The notes beneath the pieces were generated by a model. That model was not told the DNA's origin, searched no databases, and saw only the letters and a program-made list of their open reading frames with translations. Shown here piece after piece: positions 1-15,000 of a DNA stretch of 64,000 bases; the first letter of the stretch is position 1, and each line of letters opens with the position of its first letter. Source of the stretch: Auanema rhodensis (Eukaryota > Animalia > Nematoda); contig OZ059895.1 in NCBI GenBank assembly GCA_964057225.1, forward strand, positions 10,354,001-10,418,000, written 5' to 3'. The translations under genes and the position numbers were made by a program.

Positions 1-3000
1 GATTACTATGGATATATGCTTACAAAACCTAATTCATATCATCTAACAGTTCATTCTGAGTTGAGTGAGATGTTGCCCGTAATGTTAAGACTGAAAATAA
101 AAGTAATACATTATTTAGTTTTTCTTAAAAATCGAACAAAATAGCAACTTGAGCCCGCCGGAAAATATGATTAATATATTTCTCTGCTAACAAAACTTGT
201 TTTACTTTTTTAATCAACTAATTCTCAGTTGAATGAGATGTAGCACGTACTTCTAGGACAAGAAATAAAATTTTTAGAATATTTATTTTTTCATAAAAAT
301 CAAACGAAATATCAAGTTGAACCGGCCGCAAAACATGATTACTATGGATATATGCTTACAAAACCAAATTTTTATCATCAAACTGTCGATTTTCAGTTGC
401 ATAAGATGATGCACGTATTTCTAGGGCTAAAAATAAACATTTTAAAACTTTTAATTTTTCATAAAAATTGAACAAAATAGCAACTTGAGCCCACCGGAAA
501 ATATGATTAATATATTTCTCTGCTAACAAAACTTGTTTTACTTTTTTAATCAACTAATTCTCAGTTGAATGAGATGTAGCACGTACTTCTAGGACAAGAA
601 ATAAAATTTTTAGAATATTTATTTTTTCATAAAAATCAAACGAAATATCAAGTTGAACCGGCCGCAAAACATGATTACTATGGATATATGCTTACAAAAC
701 CAAATTTTTATCATCAAACTGTCGATTTTCAGTTGCATAAGATGATGCACGTATTTCTAGGGCTAAAAATAAACATTTTAAAACTTTTAATTTTTCATAA
801 AAATTGAACAAAATAGCAACTTGAGCCCGCCGCAAAATTTGTTTTCCTTTTTAATCAACTAATTCTCAGTTGAATGAGATGTAGCACGTACTTCTAGGAC
901 AAGAAATAAAATGTTTAGAATATTTATTTTTTCATAAAAATCAAACGAAATAGCAAGTTGAACCGGCCGCAAAACATGATTACTATGGATATATGCTTAC
1001 AAAACCAAAATTTTATTATCACATTGTCGATTTTCAGTTGAATAAGATGATGCACGTATTTCTAGGGCGAAAAATAAACATTTGAAAATTTTTATTTTTT
1101 CATGAAAATCGAACAAAATAGCAACTTAAGCCCGCCGGAAAATATGATTAATATGGTTCTGTGCTAACAAAATTTGTTTAACTTTTTTAATCAACTAATT
1201 TTCAGTTGAATGAGATGTAGCACGTACTTCTAGGACAAGAAATAAAATTTTTAGAATTTTTAATTTTTCATAAAAATCAAACGAAATGGCAAGTTCAGCC
1301 CGCCGCAAAACATGATTACTATGGATATATGCTTACAAAACCTAATTTATATTGTCAAATAGTAAATTTTGAGTTGAATGAGATGTTGCACGTATTTCTA
1401 GGGCTAAAAATAAACATTTTAAAAATTTTAATTTTTCATAAAAATCGAACAAAATAGCAATTTGAGCCCGCCGGAAAATATGATTAATATGGTTCTGTGC
1501 TAACAAAACTTGTTTTACTTTTTTAATCATTTAATTCTCAGTCGAATGAGATGTAGCACGTACTTCTAGGACAAGAAATAAAATTTTTAGAATATTTATT
1601 TTTTCATAAAAATCAAACGAAATATCAAGTTGAACCCACCGCAAAACATGATTACTATGGATATATGCTTACAAAACCTAATTTATATTGTCAAATAGTA
1701 AATTTTGAGTTGAATGAGATGTTGCACGTATTTCTAGGGCTAAAAATAAACATTTTAAAAATTTTAATTTTTCATAAAAATCGAACAAAATAGCAATTTG
1801 AGCCCGCCGGAAAATATGATTAATATGGTTCTGTGCTAACAAAATTTGTTTTATCTTTTTAGACAACTAGTTCTTAGTCGAATGAGATGTAGCACGTACT
1901 TCTAGGACAAGAAATAAAATTTTTAGAATATTTATTTTTTCATAAAAATCAAACGAAATATCAAGTTGAACCCACCGCAAAACATGATTACTATGGATAT
2001 ATGCTTACAAAACCTAATTTATATTGTCAAATAGTAAATTTTGAGTTGAATGAGATGTTGCACGTATTTCTAGGGCTAAAAATAAACATTTTAAAAATTT
2101 TAATTTTTCATAAAAATTGAACAAAATAGCAACTTGAGCCCGCCGGAAAATATGATTAATATATTTCTGTGCTAACAAAATTTGTTTAACTTTTTTAATC
2201 AACTAATTTTCAGTTGAATGAGATGTAGCACGTACTTCTAGGACAAGAAATAAAATTTTCTAGAATATTTAATTTTTCATAAAAATCAAACGAAATAGCA
2301 AGTTGAACCTGCCGCAAAACATGATTACTATGGATATATGCTTACAAAACCAAAATTTTATTATCACATTGTCGATTTTCAGTTGAATAAGATGATGCAC
2401 GTATTTCTAGGGCGAAAAATAAACATTTGAAAATTTTTATTTTTTCATGAAAATCGAACAAAATAGCAACTTAAGCCCGCCGGAAAATATGATTAATATG
2501 TTTCTGTGCTAACAAAATTTGTTTTATCTTTTTAGATAACTAGTTCTTAGTCGAATGAGATGTAGCACGTACTTCTAGGACAAGAAATAAAATTTTTAGA
2601 ATATTTATTTTTTCATAAAAATCAAACGAAATAGCAAGTTGAACCGGCCGCAAAACATGATTACTATGGATATATGCTTACAAAACCTAATTCATATCAT
2701 CTAACAGTTCATTCTGAGTTGAGTGAGATGTTGCCCGTAATGTTAAGACTGAAAATAAAAGTAATACATTATTTAGTTTTTCTTAAAAATCGAACAAAAT
2801 AGCATTTTGAGCCCGCCGGAAAATATGACTAATATATTTCTCTGCTAACAAAACTTGTTTTACTTTTTTAATCATTTAATTCTCAGTCGAATGAGATGTA
2901 GCACGTACTTCTAGGACAAGAAATAAAATTTTTAGAATATTTATTTTTTCATAAAAATCAAACGAAATAGCAAGTTGAACCGGCCGCAAAACATGATTAC

Positions 3001-6000
3001 TATGGATATATGCTTACAAAACCAAATTTTTATTATCAAACTGTCGATTCTCAGTTGCATAAGATGATGCACGTATTTCTAGGGCTAAAAATAAACATTT
3101 TAAAACTTTTAATTTTTCATAAAAATTGAACAAAATAGCAACTTGAGCCCGCCGGAAAATATGATTAATATATTTCTGTGCTAACAAAATTTGTTTTATC
3201 TTTTTAGACAACTAGTTCTTATTCGAATGAGATGTAGCACGTACTTCTAGGACAAGAAATAAAATTTTCAGAATTTTTAATTTTTCATAAAAATCAAACG
3301 AAATAGCAAGTTCAGCCCGCCGCGAAACATGATTACTATGGATATATGCTTACAAAACCTAATTTATATTGTCAAATAGTAAATTTTGAGTTGAATGAGA
3401 TGTTGCACGTATTTCTAGGGCTAAAAATAAACATTTTAAAAATTTTAATTTTTCCTAAAAATCGAACAAAATAGCAACTTGAGCCCGCCGGAAAATATGA
3501 TTAATATGGTTCTGTGCTAACAAAATTTGTTATACCTTTTCAATCAACTAATTCTTAGTTAAATGAGATGTAGCACGTACTTCTAGGACAGGAAATAAAA
3601 TTTTTAGAATATTTAATTTTTCATAAAAATCAAACGAAATAGCAAGTTCAGCCCGCCGCAAAACATGATTACTATGGATATATGCTTACAAAACCTAATT
3701 TATATTATCAAATAGTTAATTTTGAGTTGAATGAGATGTTGCATGTATTTCTAGGGCTAAAAATAAACATTTTAAAATTTTTCATAAAAATCGAACAAAA
3801 TAGCAAATTGAGCCCGCCGAAAAATATGATTAATATGGTTCTGTGCTAACAAAATTTGTTATACCTTTTTAATCAACTAATTCTTAGTTAAATGAGATGT
3901 AGCACGTACTTCTAGGACAGGAAATAAAATTTGTAGAATATTTAATTTTTCATAAAAATCAAACGAAATATCAAGTTGAACCCGCCGCAAAACATGATTA
4001 CTATGGATATATGCTTACAAAACCTAATTTATATTATCAAATAGTTAATTTTGAGTTGAATGAGATGTTGCATGTATTTCTAGGGCTAAAAATAAACATT
4101 TTAAATTTTTTAATTTTTTATAAAAATCGAACAAAATAGCAACTTGAGCCCGCCGGAAAATATGATTAATATGGTTCTGTGCTAACAAAATTTGTTTTAC
4201 TTTTTTAATCAACTAATTCTCAGTTGAATGAGATGTAGCACGTACTTCTAGGACAAGAAATAAAATTTTTAGAATGTTTATTTTTTCATAAAAATCAAAC
4301 GAAATAGCAAGTTGAACCGGCCGCAAAACATGATTACTATGGATATATGCTTACAAAATCAAATTTTTATTATCAAACTGTCGATTTTCAGTTGACTAAG
4401 ATGATGCACGTATTTTTAGGGCTAAAAATAAACATTTTAAAACTTTTAATTTTTCATAAAAATTGAACAAAATAGCAACTTGAGCCCGCCGGAAAATATG
4501 ATTAATATATTTCTGTGCTAACAAAATTTGTTTAACTTTTTTAATCAACTAATTCTCAGTTGAATGAGATGTAGCTTGTACTTGTAGGACAAGAAACAAA
4601 ATTTTTAGAATATTTAATTTTTCATAAAAATCAAACGAAATAGCAAGTTGAACCGGCCGCAAAACATGATTACTATGGATATATGCTTACAAATTCAAAA
4701 TTATATTATCAAACTGTCGATTTTCAGTTGAATAAGATGATGCACGTATTTCTAGGGCTAAAAATAAACATTTTAAAATTTTTAATTTTTCATAAAAATC
4801 GAACAAAATAGCAACTTGAGCCCGCCGGAAAATATGATTAATATATTTCTGTGCTAACAAAATTTGTTTTACTCTTTTTAGTCAACTAATTCTCAGTTGA
4901 ATGAGATGTAGCACGTACTTCTAGGACAAGAAATAAATTTTTTAGAATATTTATTTTTTCATAAAAATCAAACGAAATAGCAAGTTGAACCGGCCGCAAA
5001 ACATGATTACTATGGATATATGCTTACAAAACCTAATTTATATTGTCAAATAGTAAATTTTGAGTTGAATGAGATGTTGCACGTGTTTCTAGGGCTAAAA
5101 ATAAACATTTTAAAATTTTTAATTTTTCATAAAAATGGAACAAAATAGCAACTTGAGCCCGCCGGAAAATATGATTAATATGGTTCTGTGCTAACAAAAT
5201 TTGTTATACCTTTTCAATCAGCTAATTCTTAGTTGAATGAGATGTAGCACGTACTTCTAGGACAGGAAATAAAATTTGTAGAATATTTAATTTTTCATAA
5301 AAATCAAACGAAATATCAAGTTGAACCCACCGCAAAACATGATTACTATGGATATATGCTTCCAAAACCTAATTTATATTGTCAAATAGTAAATTTTGAG
5401 TTGAATGAGATGTTGCACGTATTTCTAGGGCTAAAAATAAACATTTTAAAAATTTTAATTTTTCATAAAAATCGAACAAAATAGCAACTTGAGCCCGCCG
5501 GAAAATATGATTAATATGGTTCTGTGCTAACAAAATTTGTTATACCTTTTCAATCAGCTAATTCTTAGTTAAATGAGATGTAGCACGTACTTCTAGGACA
5601 GGAAATAAAATTTGTAGAATATTTAATTTTTCATAAAAATCAAACGAAATATCAAGTTGAACCCACCGCAAAACATGATTACTATGGATATATGCTTACA
5701 AAACCTAATTTATATTATCAAATAGTTAATTTTGAGTTGAATGAGATGTTGCATGTATTTCTAGGGCTAAAAATAAACATTTTAAAACTTTTAATTTTTC
5801 ATAAAAATCGAACAAAATAGCAACTTGAGCCCGCCGGAAAATATGATTAATATATTTCTGTGCTAACAAAATTTGTTTTACTTTTTCAATCAACTAGTTC
5901 TTAGTCGAATGAGATGTAGCACGTACTTCTAGGACAAGAAATAAAATTTTTAGAATTTTTAATTTTTCATAAAAATCAAACGAAATAGCAAGTTGAACCG

Positions 6001-9000
6001 GCCGCAAAACATGATTACTATGGATATATGCTTACAAAACCTAATTCATATCATCTAACAGTTCATTCTGAGTTAAGTGAGATGTTGCCCGTAATGTTAA
6101 GACTGAAAATAAAAGTAATACATTATTTAGTTTTTCTTAAAAATCGAACAAAATAGCAACTTGAGCCCGCCGTAAAATATGATTAATATATTTCTCTGCT
6201 AACAAAATTTGTTTTACTTTTTCAATCAACTAGTTCTTAGTCGAATGAGATGTAGCACGTACTTCTAGGACAAGAAATAAAATTTTTAGAATTTTTAATT
6301 TTTCATAAAAATCAAACGAAATAGCAAGTTGAACCGGCCGCAAAACATGATTACTATGGATATATGCTTACAAAACCTAATTCATATCATCTAACAGTTC
6401 ATTCTGAGTTAAGTGAGATGTTGCCCGTAATGTTAAGACTGAAAATAAAAGTAATACATTATTTAGTTTTTCTTAAAAATCGAACAAAATAGCAACTTGA
6501 GCCCGCCGTAAAATATGATTAATATATTTCTGTGCTAACAAAATTTGTTTTACTCTTTTTAGTCAACTAATTCTCAGTTGAATGAGATGTAGCACGTACT
6601 TCTAGGACAAGAAATAAATTTTTTAGAATATTTATTTTTTCATAAAAATCAAACGAAATAGCAAGTTGAACCGGCCGCAAAACATGATTACTATGGATAT
6701 ATGCTTACAAAACCTAATTTATATTGTCAAATAGTAAATTTTGAGTTGAATGAGATGTTGCACGTGTTTCTAGGGCTAAAAATAAACATTTTAAAATTTT
6801 TAATTTTTCATAAAAATGGAACAAAATAGCAACTTGAGCCCGCCGGAAAATATGATTAATATGGTTCTGTGCTAACAAAATTTGTTATACCTTTCTAATC
6901 AACTAATTCTTAGTTAAATGAGATGTAGCACGTAGTTCTAGGACAGGAAATAAAATTTTTAGAATATTTAATTTTTCATAAAAATCAAACGAAATAGCAA
7001 CTTGAGCCCGCCGGAAAATATGATAAATATGGTTCTGTGCTAACAAAATTTGTTATACCTTTTCAATCAGCTAATTCTTAGTTGAATGAGATGTAGCACG
7101 TACTTCTAGGACAGGAAATAAAATTTGTAGAATATTTAATTTTTCATAAAAATCAAACGAAATATCAAGTTGAACCCACCGCAAAACATGATTACTATGG
7201 ATATATGCTTCCAAAACCTAATTTATATTGTCAAATAGTAAATTTTGAGTTGAATGAGATGTTGCACGTATTTCTAGGGCTAAAAATAAACATTTTAAAA
7301 ATTTTAATTTTTCATAAAAATTGAACAAAATAGCAACTTGAGCCCGCCGGAAAATATGATTAATATGGTTCTGTGCTAACAAAATTTGTTATACCTTTTC
7401 AATCAGCTAATTCTTAGTTAAATGAGATGTAGCACGTACTTCTAGGACAGGAAATAAAATTTGTAGAATATTTAATTTTTCATAAAAATCAAACGAAATA
7501 TCAAGTTGAACCCACCGCAAAACATGATTACTATGGATATATGCTTACAAAACCTAGTTTATATTATCAAATAGTTAATTTTGAGTTGAATGAGATGTTG
7601 CATGTATTTCTAGGGCTAAAAATAAACATTTTAAAATTTTTAATTTTTCATAAAAATCGAACAAAATAGCAACTTGAGCCCGCCGGAAAATATGATTAAT
7701 ATGGTTCTGTGCTAACAAAATTTGTTTTACTTTTTCAATCAACTAATTCTCAGTTGAATGAGATGTAGCACGTACTTCTAGGACAAGAAATAAAATTTTT
7801 AGAATGTTTATTTTTTCATAAAAATCAAACGAAATAGCAAGTTGAACCGGCCGCAAAACATGATTAATATGGATATATGCTTACAAAACCAAATTTGTAT
7901 TATCAAACTGTCGATTTTCAGTTGACTGAGATGATGCACGTTTTTTTAGGGCTAAAAATAAACATTTTAAAACTTTTAATTTTTCATAAAAATTGAACAA
8001 AATAGCAACTTGAGCCCGCCGGAAAATATGATTAATATATTTCTGTGCTAACAAAATTTGTTTTACTTTTTCAATCAACTAGTTCTTAGTCGAATGAGAT
8101 GTAGCACGTACTTCTAGGACAAGAAATAAAATTTTTAGAATTTTTAATTTTTCATAAAAATCAAACGAAATAGCAAGTTGAACCGGCCGCAAAACATGAT
8201 TACTATGGATATATGCTTACAAAACCTAATTCATATCATCTAACAGTTCATTCTGAGTTAAGTGAGATGTTGCCCGTAATGTTAAGACTGAAAATAAAAG
8301 TAATACATTATTTAGTTTTTCTTAAAAATCGAACAAAATAGCAACTTGAGCCCGCCGTAAAATATGATTAATATATTTCTCTGCTAACAAAATTTGTTTT
8401 ACTTTTTCAATCAACTAGTTCTTAGTCGAATGAGATGTAGCACGTACTTCTAGGACAAGAAATAAAATTTTTAGAATTTTTAATTTTTCATAAAAATCAA
8501 ACGAAATAGCAAGTTGAACCGGCCGCAAAACATGATTACTATGGATATATGCTTACAAAACCTAATTCATATCATCTAACAGTTCATTCTGAGTTAAGTG
8601 AGATGTTGCCCGTAATGTTAAGACTGAAAATAAAAGTAATACATTATTTAGTTTTTCTTAAAAATCGAACAAAATAGCAACTTGAGCCCGCCGTAAAATA
8701 TGATTAATATATTTCTCTGCTAACAAAATTTGTTTTACTTTTTTAATCAACTAATTCTCAGATGAATGAAATGTAGCTTGTACTTGTAGGACAAGAAACA
8801 AAATTTTTAGAATATTTAATTTTTCATAAAAATCAAACGAAATAGCAAGTTGAACCCACCGCAAAACATGATTACTATGGATATATGCTTACAAAACCAA
8901 AATTATATCATCAAACTGTCGATTTTCAGTTGAATAAGATGATGCACGTATTTCTAGGGCTAAAAATAAACATTTTAAAATTTTTAATTTTTCATAAAAA

Positions 9001-12000
9001 TCGAACAAAATAGCAACTTGAGCCTGCCGGAAAATATGATTAATATGGTTCTGTGCTAACAAAATTTGTTATACCTTTTCAATCAACTAATTCTTAGTTA
9101 AATGAGATGTAGCACGTACTTCTAGGACAGGAAATAAAATTTTTAGAATATTTAATTTTTCATAAAAATCAAACGAAATAGCAAGTTCAGCCCGCCGCAA
9201 AACATGATTACTATGGATATATGCTTACAAAACCTAATTTATATTGTCAAATAGTAAATTTTGAGTTGAATGAGATGTTGCACGTATTTCTAGGGCTAAA
9301 AATAAACATTTTAAAATTTTTAATTTTTCATAAAAATGGAACAAAATAGCAACTTGAGCCCGCCGGAAAATATGATTAATATGGTTCTGTGCTAACAAAA
9401 TTTGTTATAGCTTTTCAATCAACTGATTCTTAGTTAATAGAGATGTAGCACGTACTTCTAGGACAGGAAATAAAATTTGTAGAATATTTAATTTTTCATA
9501 AAAATCAAACGAAATATCAAGTTGAACCCACCGCAAAACATGATTACTATGGATATATGCTTACAAAACCTAATTTATATTATCAAATAGTTAATTTTGA
9601 GTTGAATGAGATGTTGCACGTATTTCTAGGGCTAAAAATAAACATTTAAAAAATTTTAATTTTTCATAAAAATCGAACAAAATAGCAACTTGAGCCCGCC
9701 GGAGAATATGATTAATATGGTTCTGTGCTAACAAAATTTGTTATTTCTTTTCAAGCAACTAATTCTTAGTTAAATGAGATGTAGCACGTACTTCTAGGAC
9801 AAGAAATAAAATTTGTAGAATATTTAATTTTTCATAAAAATCAAACGAAATATCAAGTTGAACCCACCGCAAAACATGATTACTATGGATATATGCTTAC
9901 AAAACCTAATTCATATTATCTAACAGTTCATTCTGAGTTAAGTGAGATGTTGCCCGTAATGTTAAGACTGAAAATAAAAGTAATACATTATTTAGTTTTT
10001 CTTAAAAATCGAACAAAATAGCAACTTGAGCCCGCCGTAAAATATGATTAATATATTTCTCTGCTAACAAAATTTGTTTTACTTTTTCAATCAACTAGTT
10101 CTTAGTCGAATGAGATGTAGCACGTACTTCTAGGACAAGAAATAAAATTTTTAGAATTTTTAATTTTTCATAAAAATCAAACGAAATAGCAAGTTGAACC
10201 GGCCGCAAAACATGATTACTATGGATATATGCTTACAAAACCTAATTCATATCATCTAACAGTTCATTCTGAGTTAAGTGAGATGTTGCCCGTAATGTTA
10301 AGACTGAAAATAAAAGTAATACATTATTTAGTTTTTCTTAAAAATCGAACAAAATAGCAACTTGAGCCCGCCGTAAAATATGATTAATATATTTCTCTGC
10401 TAACAAAATTTGTTTTACTTTTTTAATCAACTACTTCTTAGTCGAATGAGATGTAGCACGTACTTCTAGGACAAGAAATAAAATTTTTAGAAATTTTAAT
10501 TTTTCATAAAAATCAAACGAAATAGCAAGTTGAACCGGCCGCAAAACATGATTACTATGGATATATGCTTACAAAACCTAATTCATATCATCTAACAGTT
10601 CATTCTGAGTTAAGTGAGATGTTGCCCGTAATGTTAAGACTGAAAATAAAAGTAATACATTATTTAGTTTTTCTTAAAAATCGAACAAAATAGCAACTTG
10701 AGCCCGCCGTAAAATATGATTAATATATTTCTCTGCTAACAAAATTTGTTTTACTTTTTCAATCAACTAGTTCTTAGTCGAATGAGATGTAGCACGTACT
10801 TCTAGGACAAGAAATAAAATTTTTAGAATTTTTAATTTTTCATAAAAATCAAACGAAATAGCAAGTTGAACCGGCCGCAAAACATGATTACTATGGATAT
10901 ATGCTTACAAAACCTAATTCATATCATCTAACAGTTCATTCTGAGTTAAGTGAGATGTTGCCCGTAATGTTAAGACTGAAAATAAAAGTAATACATTATT
11001 TAGTTTTTCTTAAAAATCGAACAAAATAGCAACTTGAGCCCGCCGTAAAATATGATTAATATATTTCTCTGCTAACAAAATTTGTTTTACTTTTTTAATC
11101 AACTACTTCTTAGTCGAATGAGATGTAGCACGTACTTCTAGGACAAGAAATAAAATTTTTAGAATTTTTAATTTTTCATAAAAATCAAACGAAATAGCAA
11201 GTTGAACCGGCCGCAAAACATGATTACTATGGATATATGCTTACAAAACCTAATTCATATCATCTAACAGTTCATTCTGAGTTAAGTGAGATGTTGCCCG
11301 TAATGTTAAGACTGAAAATAAAAGTAATACATTATTTAGTTTTTCTTAAAAATCGAACAAAATAGCAACTGGAGCCCGCCGTAAAATATGATTAATATGG
11401 TTCTGTGCTAACAAAATTTGTTACTTCTTTTCAAGCAACTAATTCTTAGTTGAATGAGATGTAGCACGTACTTCTAGGACAAGAAATAAAATTTGTAGAA
11501 TATTTAATTTTTCATAAAAATCAAACGAAATATCAAGTTGAACCCACCGCAAAACATGATTACTATGGATATATGCTTACAAAACCTAATTCATATCATC
11601 TAACAGTTCATTCTGAGTTAAGTGAGATGTTGCCCGTAATGTTAAGACTGAAAATAAAAGTAATACATTATTTAGTTTTTCTTAAAAATCGAACAAAATA
11701 GCAACTTGAGCCCGCCGTAAAATATGATTAATATATTTCTCTGCTAACAAAATTTGTTATACCTTTTCAAGCAACTAATTCTTAGTTAAATGAGATGTAG
11801 CACGTACTTCTAGGACAAGAAATAAAATTTGTAGAATATTTAATTTTTCATAAAAATCAAACGAAATATCAAGTTGAACCCACCGCAAAACATGATTACT
11901 ATGGATATATGCTTACAAAACCTAATTCATATCATCTAACAGTTCATTCTGAGTTAAGTGAGATGTTGCCCGTAATGTTAAGACTGAAAATAAAAGTAAT

Positions 12001-15000
12001 ACATTATTTAGTTTTTCTTAAAAATCGAACAAACTAGCAACTTGAGCCCGCCGTAAAATATGATTAATATATTTCTCTGCTAACAAAATTTGTTTTACTT
12101 TTTTAATCAACTAGTTTTTAGTCGAATGAGATGTAGCACGTACTTCTAGGACAAGAAATAAAATTTTTAGAATTTTTAATTTTTCATAAAAATCAAACGA
12201 AATAGCAAGTTGAACCGGCCGCAAAACATGATTACTATGGATATATGCTTACAAAACCTAATTCATATCATCTTACAGTTCATTCTGAGTTAAGTGAGAT
12301 GTTGCCCGTAATGTTAAGACTGAAAATAAAAGTAATACATTATTTAGTTTTTCTTAAAAATCGAACAAAATAGCAACTTGAGCCCGCCGTAAAATATGAT
12401 TAATATGGTTCTGTGCTAACAAAATTTGTTATACCTTTTCAATCAACTAATTCTTAGTTAAATTTGATGTAGCACGTACTTCTAGGACAAGAAATAAAAT
12501 TTTTAGAATATTTCATTTTTCATAAAAATCAAACGAAATATCAAGTTGAACCCGCCGCAAAACATGATTACTATGGATATATGCTTACAAAACCAAAATT
12601 ATATTATCAAACTGTCGATTTTCAGTTGAATAAGATGATGCACGTATTTCTAGGGCTAAAAATAAACATTTTAAAATTTTTAATTTTTCATAAAAATCGA
12701 ACAAAATAGCAACTTGAGCCCGCCGGAAAATATGATTAATATGGTTCTGTGCTAACAAAATTTGTTATACCTTTTCAATCAACTAATTCTTAGTTAAATG
12801 AGATGTAGCACGTACTTCTAGGACAGGAAATAAAATTTTTAGAATATTTAATTTTTCATAAAAATCAAACGATAGCAAGTTCAGCCCGCCGCAAAACATG
12901 ATTACTATGGATATATGCTTACAAAACCTAATTTATATTGTCAAATAGTAAATTTTGAGTTGAATGAGATGTTGCACGTATTTCTAGGGCTAAAAATAAA
13001 CATTTAAAAAATTTTAATTTTTCATAAAAATCGAACAAAATAGCAACTTGAGCCCGCCGGAAAATATGATTAATATGGTTCTGTGCTAACAAAATTTGTT
13101 ATACCTTTTCAATCAACTAATTCTTAGTTAAATGAGATGTAGCACGTACTTCTAGGACAGGAAATAAAATTTTTAGAATATTTAATTTTTCATAAAAATC
13201 AAACGAAATATCAAGTTGAACCCACCGCAAAACATGATTACTATGGATATATGCTTACAAAACCTAATTCATATCATCTAACAGTTCATTCTGAGTTAAG
13301 TGAGATGTTGCCCGTAATGTTAAGACTGAAAATAAAAGTAATACATTATTTAATTTTTCATAAAAATCGAACAAAATAGCAACTTGAGCCCGCCGGAAAA
13401 TATGATTAATATGGTTCTGTGCTAACAAAATTTGTTATAGCTTTTCAATCAACTAATTCTTAGTTAATAGAGATGTAGCACGTACTTCTAGGACAGGAAA
13501 TAAAATTTGTAGAATATTTAATTTTTCATAAAAATCAAACGAAATATCAAGTTGAACCCACCGCAAAACATGATTACTATGGATATATGCTTACAAAACC
13601 TAATTTATATTATCAAATAGTTAATTTTGAGTTGAATGAGATGTTGCACGTATTTCTAGGGCTAAAAATAAACATTTAAAAAATTTTAATTTTTCATAAA
13701 AATCGAACAAAATAGCAACTTGAGCCCGCCGGAAAATATGATTAATATATTTCTCTGCTAACAAAATTTGTTTTACTTTTTCAATCAACTAGTTCTTAGT
13801 CGAATGAGATGTAGCACGTACTTCTAGGACAAGAAATAAAATTTTTAGAATTTTTAATTTTTCATAAAAATCAAACGAAATAGCAAGTTGAACCGGCCGC
13901 AAAACATGATTACTATGGATATATGCTTACAAAACCTAATTCATATCATCTAACAGTTCATTCTGAGTTAAGTGAGATGTTGCCCGTAATGTTAAGACTG
14001 AAAATAAAAGTAATACATTATTTAGTTTTTCTTAAAAATCGAACAAAATAGCAACTTGAGCCCGCCGTAAAATATGATTAATATATTTCTCTGCTAACAA
14101 AATTTGTTTTACTTTTTTAATCAACTACTTCTTAGTCGAATGAGATGTAGCACGTACTTCTAGGACAAGAAATAAAATTTTTAGAATTTTTAATTTTTCA
14201 TAAAAATCAAACGAAATAGCAAGTTGAACCGGCCGCAAAACATGATTACTATGGATATATGCTTACAAAACCTAATTCATATCATCTAACAGTTCATTCT
14301 GAGTTAAGTGAGATGTTGCCCGTAATGTTAAGACTGAAAATAAAAGTAATACATTATTTAGTTTTTCTTAAAAATCGAACAAAATAGCAACTTGAGCCCG
14401 CCGTAAAATATGATTAATATATTTCTCTGCTAACAAAATTTGTTTTACTTTTTCAATCAACTAGTTCTTAGTCGAATGAGATGTAGCACGTACTTCTAGG
14501 ACAAGAAATAAAATTTTTAGAATTTTTAATTTTTCATAAAAATCAAACGAAATAGCAAGTTGAACCGGCCGCAAAACATGATTACTATGGATATATGCTT
14601 ACAAAACCTAATTCATATCATCTAACAGTTCATTCTGAGTTAAGTGAGATGTTGCCCGTAATGTTAAGACTGAAAATAAAAGTAATACATTATTTAGTTT
14701 TTCTTAAAAATCGAACAAAATAGCAACTTGAGCCCGCCGGAAAATATGATTAATATGGTTCTGTGCTAACAAAATTTGTTATACCTTTTCAATCAACTAA
14801 TTCTTAGTTAAATGAGATGTAGCACGTACTTCTAGGACAGGAAATAAAATTTTTAGAATATTTAATTTTTCATAAAAATCAAACGATAGCAAGTTCAGCC
14901 CGCCGCAAAACATGATTACTATGGATATATGCTTACAAAACCTAATTTATATTGTCAAATAGTAAATTTTGAGTTGAATGAGATGTTGCACGTATTTCTA

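Noticed and set aside
145-170. CENP-B box in the GC-rich patch
   Set aside because: Only CCCG/CGGG matches; the TTCG half is not at the required spacing.
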